A DNA stretch of 60,985 nt, filler included, from Diploschistes diacapsis (Eukaryota), in the NCBI GenBank assembly GCA_023645945.1. It is 6 parts of 6 records of this genome, joined end to end, with 100 filler letters (N's around TTAATTAATTAA, not from the genome) between each part and the next. Parts side by side here need not be neighbours in the genome. Positions count along the whole stretch, not along the records: positions 10,206 to 20,308 come from JALAIB010000962.1; positions 20,409 to 30,501 come from JALAIB010000963.1; 4 more parts are not named here. One strand, written 5' to 3'. Shown piece after piece: positions 13,031-26,400 of this stretch. The notes under the pieces are model-generated. The model searched no databases. It saw nothing but the letters and a program-made list of their open reading frames with translations, and was not told the DNA's origin. Positions within the stretch are counted from its first letter, which is position 1; each line of letters begins with the position of its first letter. The translations under genes and the position numbers were made by a program.

Positions 13031-14099
13031 AAGCGGCCTGCGATGTACTGCGAAGCGGAATACACCGGCCCGAGTCTCTCCTTGGCTCTCACACTGGTCG
13101 GATGCCGTGCTTCTCTCATCTGGAAGAAGAGCCTGCAATGACGACGCCATGTGCATCGCGGTCTCGACGCAGTCATCCGTAACAGCGTGTCAAACGGATT
13201 GAGCATACCCGTTGCGCAGCCGGTCGTGGGCGGACAGCTCAGGGGTTTTCCGGGAGACTCGGTAAAGATGGACGAAGGGGTAGGCTGGGCGTTCGCGGGA
13301 ACTCCGCACGGTTGGAGGTAGTGCTTTTGCTCTGCAGTATTGCCGGACAAGACGACAGCGGTTTTCAATGCATCTGCGAACGATCGGGGGTTGCTGAGCT
13401 TCCTGTCTCCGCTGACGGATCATCGAGTGCCCAGGAGCGGGACGAGGAAGGCCGGGGTGGTCGTTGGAGATGTGTTGCTGGTGGGGCGTACAAGAGATGG
13501 CCAGCCGGCCTGTAATTAAGCAATTCCTTGCGAGTCACGCCGGACCTAGCTGGCATGTGAGACAGCTGAACATGCCCATGCTGCTTGTATCTACAGTAGT
13601 ACCCTTTTACGGAGGCCCATTTGACTTGGTTCTCAGCCACTCTATCAACGGCCTTCCTTCCGGTCGGTCGTGGAGGGCTGCTGTGGCCGCCGGAGGATAT
13701 ACTTGATGGACAGCTTTTTTTTTTTTGGACCATGGGACTTCGCTTGATTGAAGCCTTTCCATACCTCGTCGTGATTGCAGCCGTGTGTGATATGTCTGGC
13801 TGTAGTTCAGGAAGCTGTGCCGGTTTTGTCGTCGTGTTGAGCATCTGTTGGGTTAATCTTTGTGCCCTTGTCGGCCCCTGGCGCGGTTCGATGGGTATCT
13901 TGTGTCGGGCAATGTAAGCCAGCCCCTTTTTGCGAAGTTCAAAACGCAAATAAAGAAGATACGATACTTTTAAAGAACTGGATAGGTTATAAGGCTCAAG
14001 TCAACCTGTCTGAAAAAGAAGATCACTGCTACTATCATCGAACTCGATTAAAGGAATTTCAGTCAGTCCCATATGTGTTTGGCTATTGGTATAACATTC

Positions 14100-17000
14100 A
14101 ATAAAGGCTAGCCATTGGGCGGGAACTTTCTGGAGGTTGATCCATACTTTCCCTACGGCTTCCAGGAGAGGCTGGCCACCATCATGGCGAGGTCTACAGT
14201 ATTCAGATCGGCCGGTCCACGTCGAATATTCGTCAACTCCCATGCTCTGCGGACCGAGCTTTGCGATGAATCGAGGTACTGCACGGATCCTAGCTTAGCG
14301 AGAGGCTCTGCATGCTAATCCATATTCCAGGTTCTCAAAGAACATACATGCGGTCCTGGAGCAGGTCAGAAATGGGACCGGAGATGGGCTCTTCACCGCC
14401 CATCCTGGCGGACACCAATGGGTGGTCGCACATCGGATTTTCATCCCAGCCTTCAGTCCGCTGTCTATCCGCAATATGTTCGACGATATGCATGACATCG
14501 CCGAGCAACTGACCATGAAATGGGCTCGCGCTTGTCCAGACTTTATCGCTGACGCGTCCGAAGACTTCACGCGCCTGGCCCTTGATACGCTTGCTCTCTG
14601 CTCTATGGAGTACCGGTTCAACTCCTTCTACAAGAACGAGATGCACCGATTCATCGATGCCATGGGCCGCTTCCTGAAGGAGAATGGAGGAAGAAGTCAG
14701 CGGCCTAGCATTATGGCACCACTTTATAAATCAGCGGACCAAAAGCACTGGCAAGACATCGAAGTCCTCCGAAAGACTTTCGGACGAGATAGTCCAACAC
14801 CGACGTGCCCATCCATCGGATCGCAAGGGCATCTTCTCAGCGCTATGATCGATGGCAAGGATCCAAAGACAGGAGAAACAGCTAAGCGATCAAAACATCA
14901 CCGACAATCTCATCACGTTCATGATTGCCGGGCATGACACCACCTCCGGCCTCTTGTCCTTCGCCTTCTATGAACGTCTCAAGAATCCTCAAGGCGTACG
15001 AACGTGCCCAACAAGAAGTGGACGAACTGCTTGGCCAAGGACCAATCATGGTAGACCATCTGAGCAAGCTGAAATATATCAATGCCATCCTGAGAGAGAC
15101 GCTAAGGCTCCATTCTCCACTTACAAGTCTTAACTTTACCCCAGTAGAGGATACCGTCATTGGAGGCAAATCGGCGGTTGAAAAGGGTGAAGCGATTGCT
15201 CTGGTCCTACGTCAGCTCCATGCAGATCCAAAAGTGTACGGGGATGATGCTCTGGCATGGAAACCGGAGCGCATGCTTGATGAGCCTTTTAACGCATTAC
15301 CGCCCAGTTCCTGGAAACCTTTGGGCAACGGCATACGTGCCTGCATTGGTCGGCCATTTGCGTGGCAGGAAGGTTTGTTGATCATGGCGATGCTCCTTCA
15401 GAATGTCAACTTTTGCTTCGAGGATCCCTCCTGCACCCTTGCCCTCAGGCAAGCTGGAACTATCAAACCAAAGGATTTCCACAGGAAAGCTGTTATGCAG
15501 CATGGCTATTCAACGACTAAGCTGCAGCAAGCCTTCCAAAATGGCAACGACAATGGCAAAGCCACGGACATGCACGCTGAAGCAAAGCCCACTCGGAAGG
15601 TTGCTGAGTCGGGAATGAAAGGAAAACCTATGACTTTGTTCTGCGGCTCGAACACTGGAACCTGCGAGCCCTTTACCAATCGCCTTGCTAGCAGCGCTTC
15701 AAGCCACGGCTTCCAGTGCATTGTAGCCTTCGTTGGATTCAGCAAAAGAGAACCTGAAGAGCGACCGACTGAACGTGATCATGACCGCCAGCTACGAGGG
15801 TGAGCCACCCGACAATGCTCGTCACTTTATTGCCCGGCTTGAGGCTCTGAAGGGTCCAGGATTGGAGAACGTTCCTTTTGTTGTCTTGGGATGCGGTGAT
15901 TACTGATCTTCATACCTTCAAATGTGACGTCGTTACTAACAAAGGTGTAGGGCATTCCGACTGGGCAGCTACCTTTCGAAGGATTCCAAAGCTTATAGAT
16001 CGGGGGATTGGAAGAATGTGACGGAAGGCGAATCGCTGAACGTGGGTTGGCAAACGCCGCCGAAGGCGATATGTTTTCAGAGTTCGAGGCTTGGGAAGAT
16101 GAGGTATTCTGGGATAGCGTCGAGAAGAATTACGGAGGCGAGGTTTCAAAAGACACTGTTTCAACCGATGGGGGTCTCCAGGTCGAGGTCTCTCACGCTC
16201 GTGCTTCCCTTCGTCAAGACGTCAGCGAAGGCAAGGTTATTGCGAAGCGCATACTGACGACACCGGACGTTCCGCCAAAGATGACTGTGGAAATACAGCT
16301 TCCCACAGGCATGGCTTATAGAGCAGGCGACTATCTTGCAGTACTCCCAGCCAATCACAAAGACAATGTTGAGCGAGCTATGAAGTATTTCAGCCTCGAC
16401 TGGGACAGCAGCCTCACAGTCAACGGCCTCGGGTCGTCCACTATGCCTACTAACGTTCCACTTCCTACTAAGGATCTATTCTCGGCCTATGTAGAACTGA
16501 CCCAACCAGCTACTCAACGGAACGTCACTGCTCTTGTCGATTTGACTCAAGAGCAGGCCACCAAAGACTCGTTGAAAAGATCCTTAAAGGAGACTTCGCA
16601 ATGGAGATCACTGAGAAGCACGTCGCCGTGCTCGACCTCCTCGAGATGTACCCGGATATCAGGCTCCAACTTGGCCACTTTCTGACCATGTTACCACTGA
16701 TGCGTGTTCGGCAATACTCTATCTCTTCCTCTCCGCTCGCGTCTCCGAACCGCTGCGCCATTACCTTCCGCGCACTGGAAGCCCTCGCTCTAAGCAGTCA
16801 CGGCACCCACTACGGCACCGCTTCCAACTATCTTGCGACGCCAGAGGCTGGCGATGTCGTGCATGTCGCCGTCAAGTCCAGCCACCCCTCCTTCCGCCTC
16901 CCCCACAGGCAGTAGGTCCACCCCTATCATCATGATCGCAGCAGGCACGGGTCTTGCGCCATTCCGAGGCTTTGTCCAGGAGCGCGTGGCGCAGGTCGCT

Positions 17001-17409
17001 GCTGGTAGAAAGCTTGCGCCGGCTCTGCTTTTCCATGGCTGTCGTGCGCGGGACGAAGATGCGATTCACGCGGACGAGCTGGAGGAATGGGAAAATGCTG
17101 GCGCGGTCGAAGCGCTGAGGGCGTTCAGTCGTTCGACCTGCGGATGCCGAGGGATGCAAGTATGTGCAGGATAGGCTGTGGAAGGAGCGCGAGAGGGTCG
17201 GAGAGCTGTTCAGGAACGGAGCAAGGGTGTATGTCGGTGGGTCGTGGCAGGTTGGTAAAGCGGTGCAGAAGACGACTCGGGATATCTACATCGAGGACAT
17301 CAAGGCTCGCGGGGAGGACTTGGATGGCGATGAGGAAGGGAAGGCGAAGGGGTTTATCGTGAGAACCCGGAGTGAGAGGTATGCTGTGGATGTTTTCAGT
17401 TGGGAATGA
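14100..17409 (+). pseudogene. Bifunctional cytochrome P450/NADPH-P450 reductase (CYP505/P450foxy, BM3-like), heavily frameshifted
   Basis: [62 protein letters not shown] (heme Cys), GSNTGTCE (FMN), RQYSISSSP, AAGTGLAPFRGF, RYAVDVF. These are spread over about ten frame segments, with a TAG near the N-terminus (14109). Confidence 0.88.
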
Positions 17410-17579
17410 CCTGATGCTCTCATGAGGATACGCCTGAAAACTACTTCTCCACAATGGGATCTTCCACAATCACCCATACCGAAATGGGGGCTTAGACAAC
17501 AACTTGCAGCAACTTGGTCATAGTCTGCTTGCTCAACAAATAACGAATGGATTCTGCGGAGATATGCTAGCTGGATGAC

Positions 17580-17830
17580 GTCTCCCCTTTCCTTTCTATC
17601 GCGATATCGTAAAAAATCGGAATTTATTTTACGAAATATAACGACCTAAAAAACGATATAAAAAGCTTGAAATAAAGATTTAACCGCTCGAAAAATCTTT
17701 TAAATTTAATATAAAAAAACTAGCTATTATTTGCGAAAAAAGTGCCAAGATGCCAAGACAATTCTATTTACTTTTGTAACGTACTATAGCGCAACGTCCC
17801 CACTAGTATTTTTATAAAGAGCGGATACAA
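17580..17830. mobile_element. AT-rich RIP-like repeat relic
   Basis: Abrupt AT-rich island with CpG retained, TpA enriched and CpA/TpG scarce. Confidence 0.5.
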
Positions 17831-18060
17831 TTTTCCTTTCTCTTTTTTTTTTCTTTCTTGGGAGAAAGGTGTTTTCGACCCGGCAGCATACTGTCTCTTG
17901 GTAAATGAGCTACGGTAGCTGTCTCGACTAGTGGTACTCCTTTTGGTTATTGTCCTTCCTTTTATACCCTTTGAATACTTTGGTCGCTTGGAAAACCTGG
18001 AGCGCGGAAGGCTACTAGTCGAAAGCTCCAGTTTCGAACACCATCTTTATATTTCCAAAT

Positions 18061-19967
18061 ATGCCTCTCACGAATGGAGACTTAAGCGGTGTCACATGTG
18101 CTCAACTCCTACACGATAACGAGCCAATCGACTTCCGAAATGCGCTCGAGGTTCTGAAGGAGGATTATGCGGCACGTGATGGCTTGGATGTGCGGCAGCT
18201 GGTTGATTCAAGGGAGAACGGGGGCTTGACGTATAACGACTTCCTGGTATTGCCAGGCTACATCAGTCTGTAGACTTCATAGGTTATTTTACCGTACTTA
18301 GCTAACCTAGTATGCAGGCTTCCCAGCAGCTGAAGTCAACCTAGAGACCCCGGTTACAAAGCGTGTCGCACTGAAGACACCACTCCTCTCATCCCCCATG
18401 GATACCGTCACAGAGCATTCAATGGCAATTCACATGGCGCTGTTGGGAGGTTTAGGCGTCATACATCACAACTGCTCTGCAGAAGACCAGGCAGACATGG
18501 TGCGCAAAGTAAAGAGATACGAAAATGGCTTCATACTCGATCCTGTTGTGCTCTCTCCTTCGACCACTGTCGGCGAAGTCAAGGAGCTGAAGGAGAAGTG
18601 GGGCTTTGGAGGATTTCCGGTCACAGGTAGGTTTTTGCCCCAGCCTTAGCGATTGATGCTTGGAATCAAATGATGCATAAGAAACATAAAAACCATATAA
18701 CTTTCGTTCATCCGAGACGACTCGATCGTGCTGCGGACTCATGTCAAGACGGGACTGATACTTTCCTTCATTGATAAGCCTTTTGAAAGATCTCATTCCT
18801 GGGCCTTTGTTAATTCATGGCCCTCTAGAAAACGGAACGTTGCGCTCGAAGTTGGTGGGTATGGTGACTTCACGAGACATCCAATTCCATACAGATCTGG
18901 ATGATCCGGTTACGACTGTGATGACACAGGACCTCGTCACGGCCCCGGACGGTACAACGCTACGTGAAGCGAACGCGGTGCTCAGCAAGTCTAAGAAAGG
19001 GAAATTGCCGATAGTCGATGCAAACGGCAATCTCATCTCTCTACTTTCTCGATCCGACCTTATGAAAAACCTCCACTTTCCATTAGCATCGAAACTGCCA
19101 CATTCGAAACAGCTGGTCTGCGCAGCCGCTATAGGTACTCGGCCTGACGACAAGAGGAGGTTGCAGTTGCTCGTCGATGCTGGGCTAGATGTCGTCGTCC
19201 TGGATAGCAGCCAAGGCAACAGCATCTACCAAGTTGAAATGATCGAATACGTTAAGGAGAAATTCCCAGAGCTCGATGTCATAGGCGGCAACGTCGTCAC
19301 TAGAGAGCAAGCTGCCTCCCTCATTGCCGCAGGAGTCGATGGCCTGCGCATCGGCATGGGGAGCGGAAGTGCTTGCATTACTCAAGAGGTAATGGCGGTA
19401 GGGCGTCCACAGGCCGCGGCGGTGTACAATGTCTCCTCCTTTGCTGCTCGCTTCGGCGTGCCTTGCATCGCGGACGGCGGTATCCAGAATGTGGGTCATA
19501 TTGTGAAGGGGCTGGCAATGGGCGCATCGACAGTCATGATGGGCGGGCTTCTTGCGGGCACTACCGAGTCTCCTGGAAGTTACTTTGTCCGCGACGGAAA
19601 GCTAGTAAAATCGTACCGCGGCATGGGCAGCATCGATGCGATGGAAGACTCGAAAGCTGGTGGTGAAGCCAAAGATTTGAAGGCGAACAACGCAGGTACA
19701 GCACGGTACTTCTCCGAGGGCGACAGACTGCTGGTGGCGCAGGGTGTTTCCGGGTCTGTGCTGGATCGCGGCTCGGTCACGAAGTTCGTTCCGTATCTCG
19801 TGGCAGGATTGCAGCATTCGCTACAGGATATGGGCGTTAAGAGCCTGCCAGAGCTGAGGAAGGGTGTGCTTGAGGGTACGGTGAGGTTTGAGCTGCGGAC
19901 GGTGAGTGCGCAGGCGGAAGGCAATGTACATGGACTGCATAGCTATGATAAAAAGCTTTATAGTTAG
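18061..19967 (+). CDS. IMD: Inosine-5'-monophosphate dehydrogenase, 3 exons
   Basis: [25 protein letters not shown] pair, [22 protein letters not shown] (catalytic Cys), ADGGI, YRGMGS, AQGVSG. Introns at ~18266-18318 and 18627-18828. Confidence 0.97.
18664..18762 (+). ncRNA. snR54: Intronic box C/D snoRNA, snR54/SNORD59-like, with a second 25S guide
   Basis: Lies inside the 202-nt IMPDH intron 2. Box C-like ATGATGC (18670-18676); guide TAACTTTCGTTCA (18698-18710) complementary to 18S UGAACGAAAGUUA; D' CCGA (18712-18715); guide TCAAGACGGG (18744-18753) complementary to 25S CCCGUCUUGA; box D CTGA (18755-18758). Yeast snR54 is hosted in the IMD4 intron. Confidence 0.88.
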
Positions 19968-20308
19968 AACACCATGTGTGTTGAGAAGTATGACATGCAA
20001 CGACATGGGAACATGAAATGAAATGGCACGCAAACCATGCAACAACTAAACCTGATATGACCCCAGTAAATCCAAGCGATTTGACTCGATTCCTAGGCGC
20101 TTCAAAGGTGTTCGGCTTGTCACGGCTTATTAAAGACTTAGGGGGGGCACTGATTTTCTCCATATCGAATAGTTAATCCCGGCAACTCAGTTTCTCCGCT
20201 CCGTAGCCACCTCCGTGCTGTGCTGTGCTGTTGCGCATCAAACCAAAGTCAACAAACAGCAACAGCAACAACGAAAAAACTCACCCACACCCACACCCTC
20301 ACCCCAAC

Positions 20309-20408
20309 NNNNNNNNNNNNNNNNNNNNNNNNNNNNNNNNNNNNNNNNNNNNTTAATTAATTAANNNNNNNNNNNNNNNNNNNNNNNNNNNNNNNNNNNN
20401 NNNNNNNN
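20309..20408. other. Artificial contig linker
   Basis: N-run + TTAATTAATTAA + N-run. Confidence 0.99.
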
Positions 20409-23400
20409 GGATTGGGTGGGGGACTTCGTCTTCCGTGAAGTCTCTGGGGAGACGACAAAGTCTCCAACAGCAATAAGAGGATTTTTCCTTCTGTGCCGTG
20501 TACAGTACAATACGATTGAGGGAGGAATCACCAAGATTTTCCGCACAGACAGGGACAGAGTAGGAGAAGAAGTTGCGGGGGACTTGGCGCTTATGTAAAC
20601 AGCCTTTACCGCGGAGTCGCCCACCAGTTATGGCACAGTAACAGGGCGGTACACTCGACAATCACTCCAATCAAAGTAAGAAAAGGTGTCGGCACGCATT
20701 TTTTGTCTGAGTCCACAAAAAGACCTTCCAGCTGGCTATCTAAAACAATTCTCGACATCTCCGCAAAAGAAGCCCTTTTTCCAACGGGCCGCCAACCTTC
20801 CCTCACGAAATTTAGGATTCAGGACTTGGCGCAAAATGTGAAAGTTTATTCCTCGACTTGTCTCCCGCGAGGGAAGTACCGTGGATGTCTTGCGGCAGTG
20901 ACCGCATGACTTGGTCGACTAACTTTGCAATTGCATGCACTAGGCATGGCCCGATTGGGCCCGTGAACGAGATCTAGATGAAGAGCCTGGACGAAACAGG
21001 AGCAAAGTCTTCCGGCATAGGAGAGGAGCAGCAAAGAATGATGCAGTGGATGATGTGCTTTCGACTTCAAGGGCGGCTCAAAACAGGTGTCCGGTAAAGC
21101 TCGTAGCTTCGATAACATGCCATGCGAGGAAGGAAATCTCCGCTAGTGTATGCAATGGCTGATCATTGGGACTTGAGCATCCAAGCTCGACTGTCTGCGG
21201 TGATTGGTCATCAGGTTAATTATGATGCCGGCGTAGATTCAACCGATGAAGCTTACCATGCGTGTGGCAGGAGCGGTGAAGTCCTTCCTGTTCTTTAGAT
21301 CGTCCTACAGTTAATTCTTACCGTAATGTCCCGCTTGCGACATGCGAATCGCGGTTGGAAAAGACAAGGCCGCCGCATAGGTAAGTGTCTTGTACGGGGA
21401 AGATAAGTCCCTCAGTCTCTGTTCCATTGGCACCCCGCAATTGGCCATGCATAAAAAAGGTTAAGGTGATTCGTGGCCAGCTTTTGGTTTCGGCCCGTGG
21501 TCCTGATGCAGGTAATCCACTCCCCCTTCGGCAAGATGGTGCCGGAGGACTCAGCCAGGTTCGGTGAAACGAAGCCCTTCCCTGTGACGAATGCATGACT
21601 GCCGCAGCAGGGTCAATCAGCTCCTCCTTACTGATGGGCGCGTAACTAGACCAGCTCTGAATTGGATTACGACAGAGAGGCCGAAGAGGGAAGAGAGCAC
21701 GAGGACCAAGCAGGGCGATACTAGCTTATCGAGCTCGCAATAGAAAAGACCGAAGGGAAAGACCGGCAGTCGATATCGAAATTCACCTACCGGCTTTGAC
21801 GTGTCTTTGAAGCAAGGGTCAGTCGTCCTCGTCACATAAAAACGCTCCTACATCTTGTACGACGATGCTTGTAACGATGCGCAGCGGATGTTGCAGGCCA
21901 CACAGCATCTTGACGGCATGCACCAGACTTGGAGATCCTCCAGCTTCAAGGTCATTCGAATTTTGCGCATCGGGTTTCCTGTCAAAGCTTGCTCAACCTG
22001 TGGTAACAATACGGACTTGTTCATGATTAAAAACTGCTTGGAGGGAAAGGGTTGCACTTTGCGCTCTCTTTTTCGGAAAACCTATTGGACTTGATCCACG
22101 TCAGAACGCTACGTCAATAACGAGGTTATGTAACTCACTCTTGCTGTACCAAGTACGATTTTGATCACCTACAAACCCTGCCAGTAGTGGTAGCAGAGTT
22201 CTTTGCTGTAAGGCCATCCCCAAAGCGCCCATGCAGGTTGCACACCGCCTCTTGAGCTCTTGACAGCTCCAAAACGGGCCTCACGCCATCGCAGATGTCC
22301 GAAGACACACCCCGCGAGCGAGCAGCCTCCTTGCCTTCTGTTCCAGATGATTCCGCGTGTCTGACTTCCCCAGTCGCGTTTCTCGCGACGATAGTCACAC
22401 TGGAACTCGATGAAGGCGTAATTCGCTAGGGCAAACGTCTGATTTCTGGATCAAATCCGTTGCTGCATAGCTTTTAATGTTCATTCGCTCTGCAAAATTG
22501 TCGCATTGGACCTCATGTGGGGTGAACGGCGACTTTGCCTAATGAACATTGGTGCATCTGCTCCTTCTCGACTAGGGTGTTTCTGCAACCTGCATGATGC
22601 GGATGCAGCTTTCCTGCCCGGCCTACGGTTCGTCGCAAGCCAAGCTCGATCGAAGGAAGAAAGCGTCTTCGTACGACTTGGTCTCCGAGTGTACGATACT
22701 AAGTGGAAGTCGTATGTCATGTTGGGCGGATTTTGTTGAGGTTCTGAGGATTTGTGATGCCAAGTAACCTACTTGGATTGGTAAAACCTCTTCTATGACC
22801 GTTAGAGGTGTCCCAATTTGGGCTCCTCTCTTCCCACACAGTAAGCGCAGTCTGGCGAAACATTTGCCATTTGCTTGTCCTTGTATATTCGAGGAAAGGC
22901 CAACGATAGTGAAAGTAAACTTGGGTACAACAGGCTTCGGAAGTAAGGAGAGAGCTCGAATAATCATGTTCAAGGTTGTGCGGCAGGGATATCGGCTAGC
23001 AAGAAGCTCTTGACAGACCGGAACCGGAATGGCGCAAGCTGGATGCGTGCTGGCATACATGTCGGACTTAGGCAAAGCACTCTGCGCCCGGGTGCTCTCT
23101 TGATGCATGGTGATTGATCATATTGAAACATGTAACTCGTCTAACGTAAAGCGCCTTTGCACCCCCAGTACACACCCCCATTATAGACGACGGACTCCAA
23201 TTTCAAGCTTGCGCTTTGCCCACCCTCTAGCTTTTCTAGTCATTAGCCTGCCAGTACAAACATATTTGCGCATTAGGTAACGTCGTGGCGTCCATCGAAC
23301 TAGCAACTGATCGGAAGGGCGTTCAGATTTTCATATCGCCGGAAGACATATCGTCGGCTCGCTCTTCGCCCTTCAGCACTGTCGATAGCGGAACGACATG

Positions 23401-26400
23401 CATATGAGATGGGATCTTGCCAACGCCGGTCCTGGTTGTAGATGAGCAACAGCAAAGGCTGAAACTGAAGTGGCAGTGGCTTACGGATCATCCTCCGCAG
23501 TTGTCGCACTTCTCCCCAGAAGTAACAACCTTCTCCGAGATGCCTTTGCAAGATCCCGACTTCTTTCCCGCACAAGGTGCTGTGTCAACTCGCTGGTGGC
23601 CGCAGGCGTATTTGTGGATAACCTTGACACACATGGCGATTGATGGTAGCTGTGTTCGGAAGGGCAACGAAAGGCTGATGCAACGAAATACAAGAACAGC
23701 GTAGCAAGTGACGAATCCAAACTAAGCCTAAATGTTAGCCGTAGTGAAACTGGAGATGTCGCAGTAGTTTCTCGCGGCGAAGGTTCCGTCGAAAACGCAC
23801 ACGTGCAAATGACTGTTTCTTTCCACAGTTCTAACACAGATGACAACAACTGTCTGAAGGAGCGACGAAAACGGGGGGTCCTGTGGTCTGTCTTTGAGAG
23901 GGACGTAAGAGAAATATAAGAAGAATCAAGCTTGGCCCAAGGATACGGGTCTGCAATGGCCGCTCGAAAAGGGCGCGTCTTTCCTTTCCGGCCGTCAACG
24001 GATAGACTGAAAAGATTGAGGCTGCTTTCCGTGTAGCCTCCAAGTTTAATGGGAACACAAGAATGATCTGAGAGCAGCCCGGAAGGGGAAGCGGTTCTTA
24101 TAGAAAGTTTTCAGGGGTATTCCTGACAGAAGCTAGAAAATCGAGATCTGTAATAGTGTCTAATCGACGAGCGGTGGGATCAATATGAAATTAGATGTAC
24201 TCCCTAGGCATGTAACGGTCGCGCTGCAAAACTCGACAAACCGAGCATATGTAGGTAGGCAACCATGGCAGTAAGGATGGTGAAGTGCGTCTGATTGCCG
24301 GATTGATGACTTACCTATGCCAAATAGGATATGGGTTGCAGTGGCTGGTCTCTGCCACGAGGCACGTCAAAGGGGAAACATCTCGTGTGGAATCTTATAT
24401 CAGCTCCACACTACCCGGCCGGCGAAGCTGAAAATAACAAGATTGACCGCGTGGATGTGCACAGTACAAGCTCCATGCAGACCTTTGACTGGATAGAAGT
24501 GAGGTAGCGTGTACATTGTAAGTAAGATACATGCGGTGAAAAGGAACGACATGTACTTATTTCAACAAAGTCGGAAGGCTGGACCCACCAATCAGTAGTG
24601 CGAACCGTTAGACGTTGCCTGCGGCATGTGGAAGGCATGGCAGAAAGTGGCTAAGAGTCTCCATCTCTTTCAACCCTTGACAACAAAGGCCAGAGCTTTA
24701 AGCCAGCAGAGGCAAATGCCAAAAAAGGCTGGCGCAGGCAGGTTGCACTCGCTTCGGTTTTTAATTCTCGCCCAATTTCCATACAAACAAATCACGAGCC
24801 GGACACGAGGTTTCCGATTTATCCACAATCCTAGCCATCGACACATCAGACAGCAGACTGGAGTTGAGACTCACAATCGATGGCGCAAATGGTCTTCCCG
24901 CTTTGATGGAAGCTCTGGCCAATCGACAACGTTGCAGGCAACTGCCACGCCTCGAGGAGCCATTAGGGCGAAAGCAAAAGGTAACGTGTAGGTCACACAC
25001 CCGGACAGCGATGCGCATGAGCCACATAGCGTCCGTCGATTATTTGCTTGTCCAAACAAGCTTCGTCAATAGTCTTGCAAACTCAATGTGGCTGGCTGAG
25101 GATGTTGAGTATCTCCACACAATGGCAAGAGGGGAGCGCCTTGTCCACGCGGGGGAGTTTGGGCTTGCCGAGCCGATGCACACTGTGCTTGAAGGGGTGA
25201 CTCTTGATTTTGGAGGAGCGCCAAATAACCCCACGGTTTCTGGGCCGAATCCTAAGACCTCCACGATTGAGCAAGAGGACTGGCACTTTGATCCTTCCCA
25301 AGACCGAATGAGCGCAAAACTGCGAAATATCGAGTGCTCGGACCGAGATGCTGCATGCCTATACTTCCCTGTACGAACGCAGTCAGCTGCCAGGAGTATG
25401 CATTCTCTGACTTCGAACGCCGAGTAGACAAAACATGTCCGACTGCAGCAAGCCATGTGCATCAACAGGTAGGGCTGCATCTCGCGCGCCTCATATTGTG
25501 TTATCGACCGCATTCCAGCCTCGGATTCTCAAGCGGTAGCCCCCCGCCAAGTCCACGCACTGCAGAGATCACATCCTGATCCATGCGGCGGTGATTGGCA
25601 AGATCCCCATGCTAGCGCCGGTTCGAACGTTGTATGCATGCATGAGAGTTTGGTCAAGTGATCTAGGCTGCAGCTGCGAGGGCGGACTGCTTTCTAATCA
25701 TCAATTCCGTCGGCAGAGATGCTAGGAGGGAAACCATGTGTGCGCTGCCGGCGATAATTTCCCCATCATGCCATTCATTTGAGCAATAGACTAGTTATAA
25801 GTCGCCGTGGCCACGAGACGATGCTATGGAGTGCAAAAGTAACATAGTGCGCGTCGAATTGTTGCGTTTCATTCCCAGTTGGACATGTCTGTCCAGTTCG
25901 TCGGTGACGTGGGCCGGTGCGCTATTCGATAACGGTCTGGGGGATGACGACAAGGCAGGCGGATGCACAGAGCGATCGATGAAAATAATCAATCCTGCGG
26001 TTCAGCAGGTCAGAGGCATACAGTACGAAAGGATATAGCTGCATCACGGTTTATTTCCAAGGTAAGGCGTTGTCCACTTTGGTGGAGGAAGCGCACGAAC
26101 TTATGAGCAAGGCCTTCTCGTTTCCGCAGTAGACGCTGGCAGCCCCCAGAATGAGGCCTGAAATGGATACAACGATATGGAGGGAGATTGATTCAGTATA
26201 CCATGTTATAGTTTGCAATGGAGTAGTACTCCGTAGAGGGTTGGTGTTTGTTAGCGGATAAGTTGGCAACTGAATTTGAATTTTGGCAGGGGAGCTGAAT
26301 ATGGGGCGGTGCAGAATGTGTGAGTGAGTGTGTGTTTGTTGTTTGTGTGGGCAAAAAAAAAAAACAGCCCTACGAACTTGAGCCGCATCTTCTTGAAGTT

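Noticed and set aside
12538..13368. Long overlapping and antisense ORFs over the MFS 3' end (similarly over ATG26 and the monooxygenase)
   Set aside because: These are shadow ORFs expected from high GC3 codon usage.
13365..13949. 194-aa minus-strand ORF as a gene
   Set aside because: No recognisable motif, non-ATG start, and a low-complexity run through a T11 tract; cannot be supported.
11125..19967. MFS + P450 + IMPDH as a mycophenolate-type cluster with a self-resistance IMPDH
   Set aside because: The IMPDH has the canonical YRGMGS rather than the Phe variant of MpaF/IMPDH-B, and it hosts the ancestral snoRNA. The P450 is a pseudogene and no PKS/NRPS is present.
24864..25427. 187-aa ORF in the gene-poor contig
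   Set aside because: No domain similarity recognised, with overlapping ORFs of similar length on both strands; consistent with chance.
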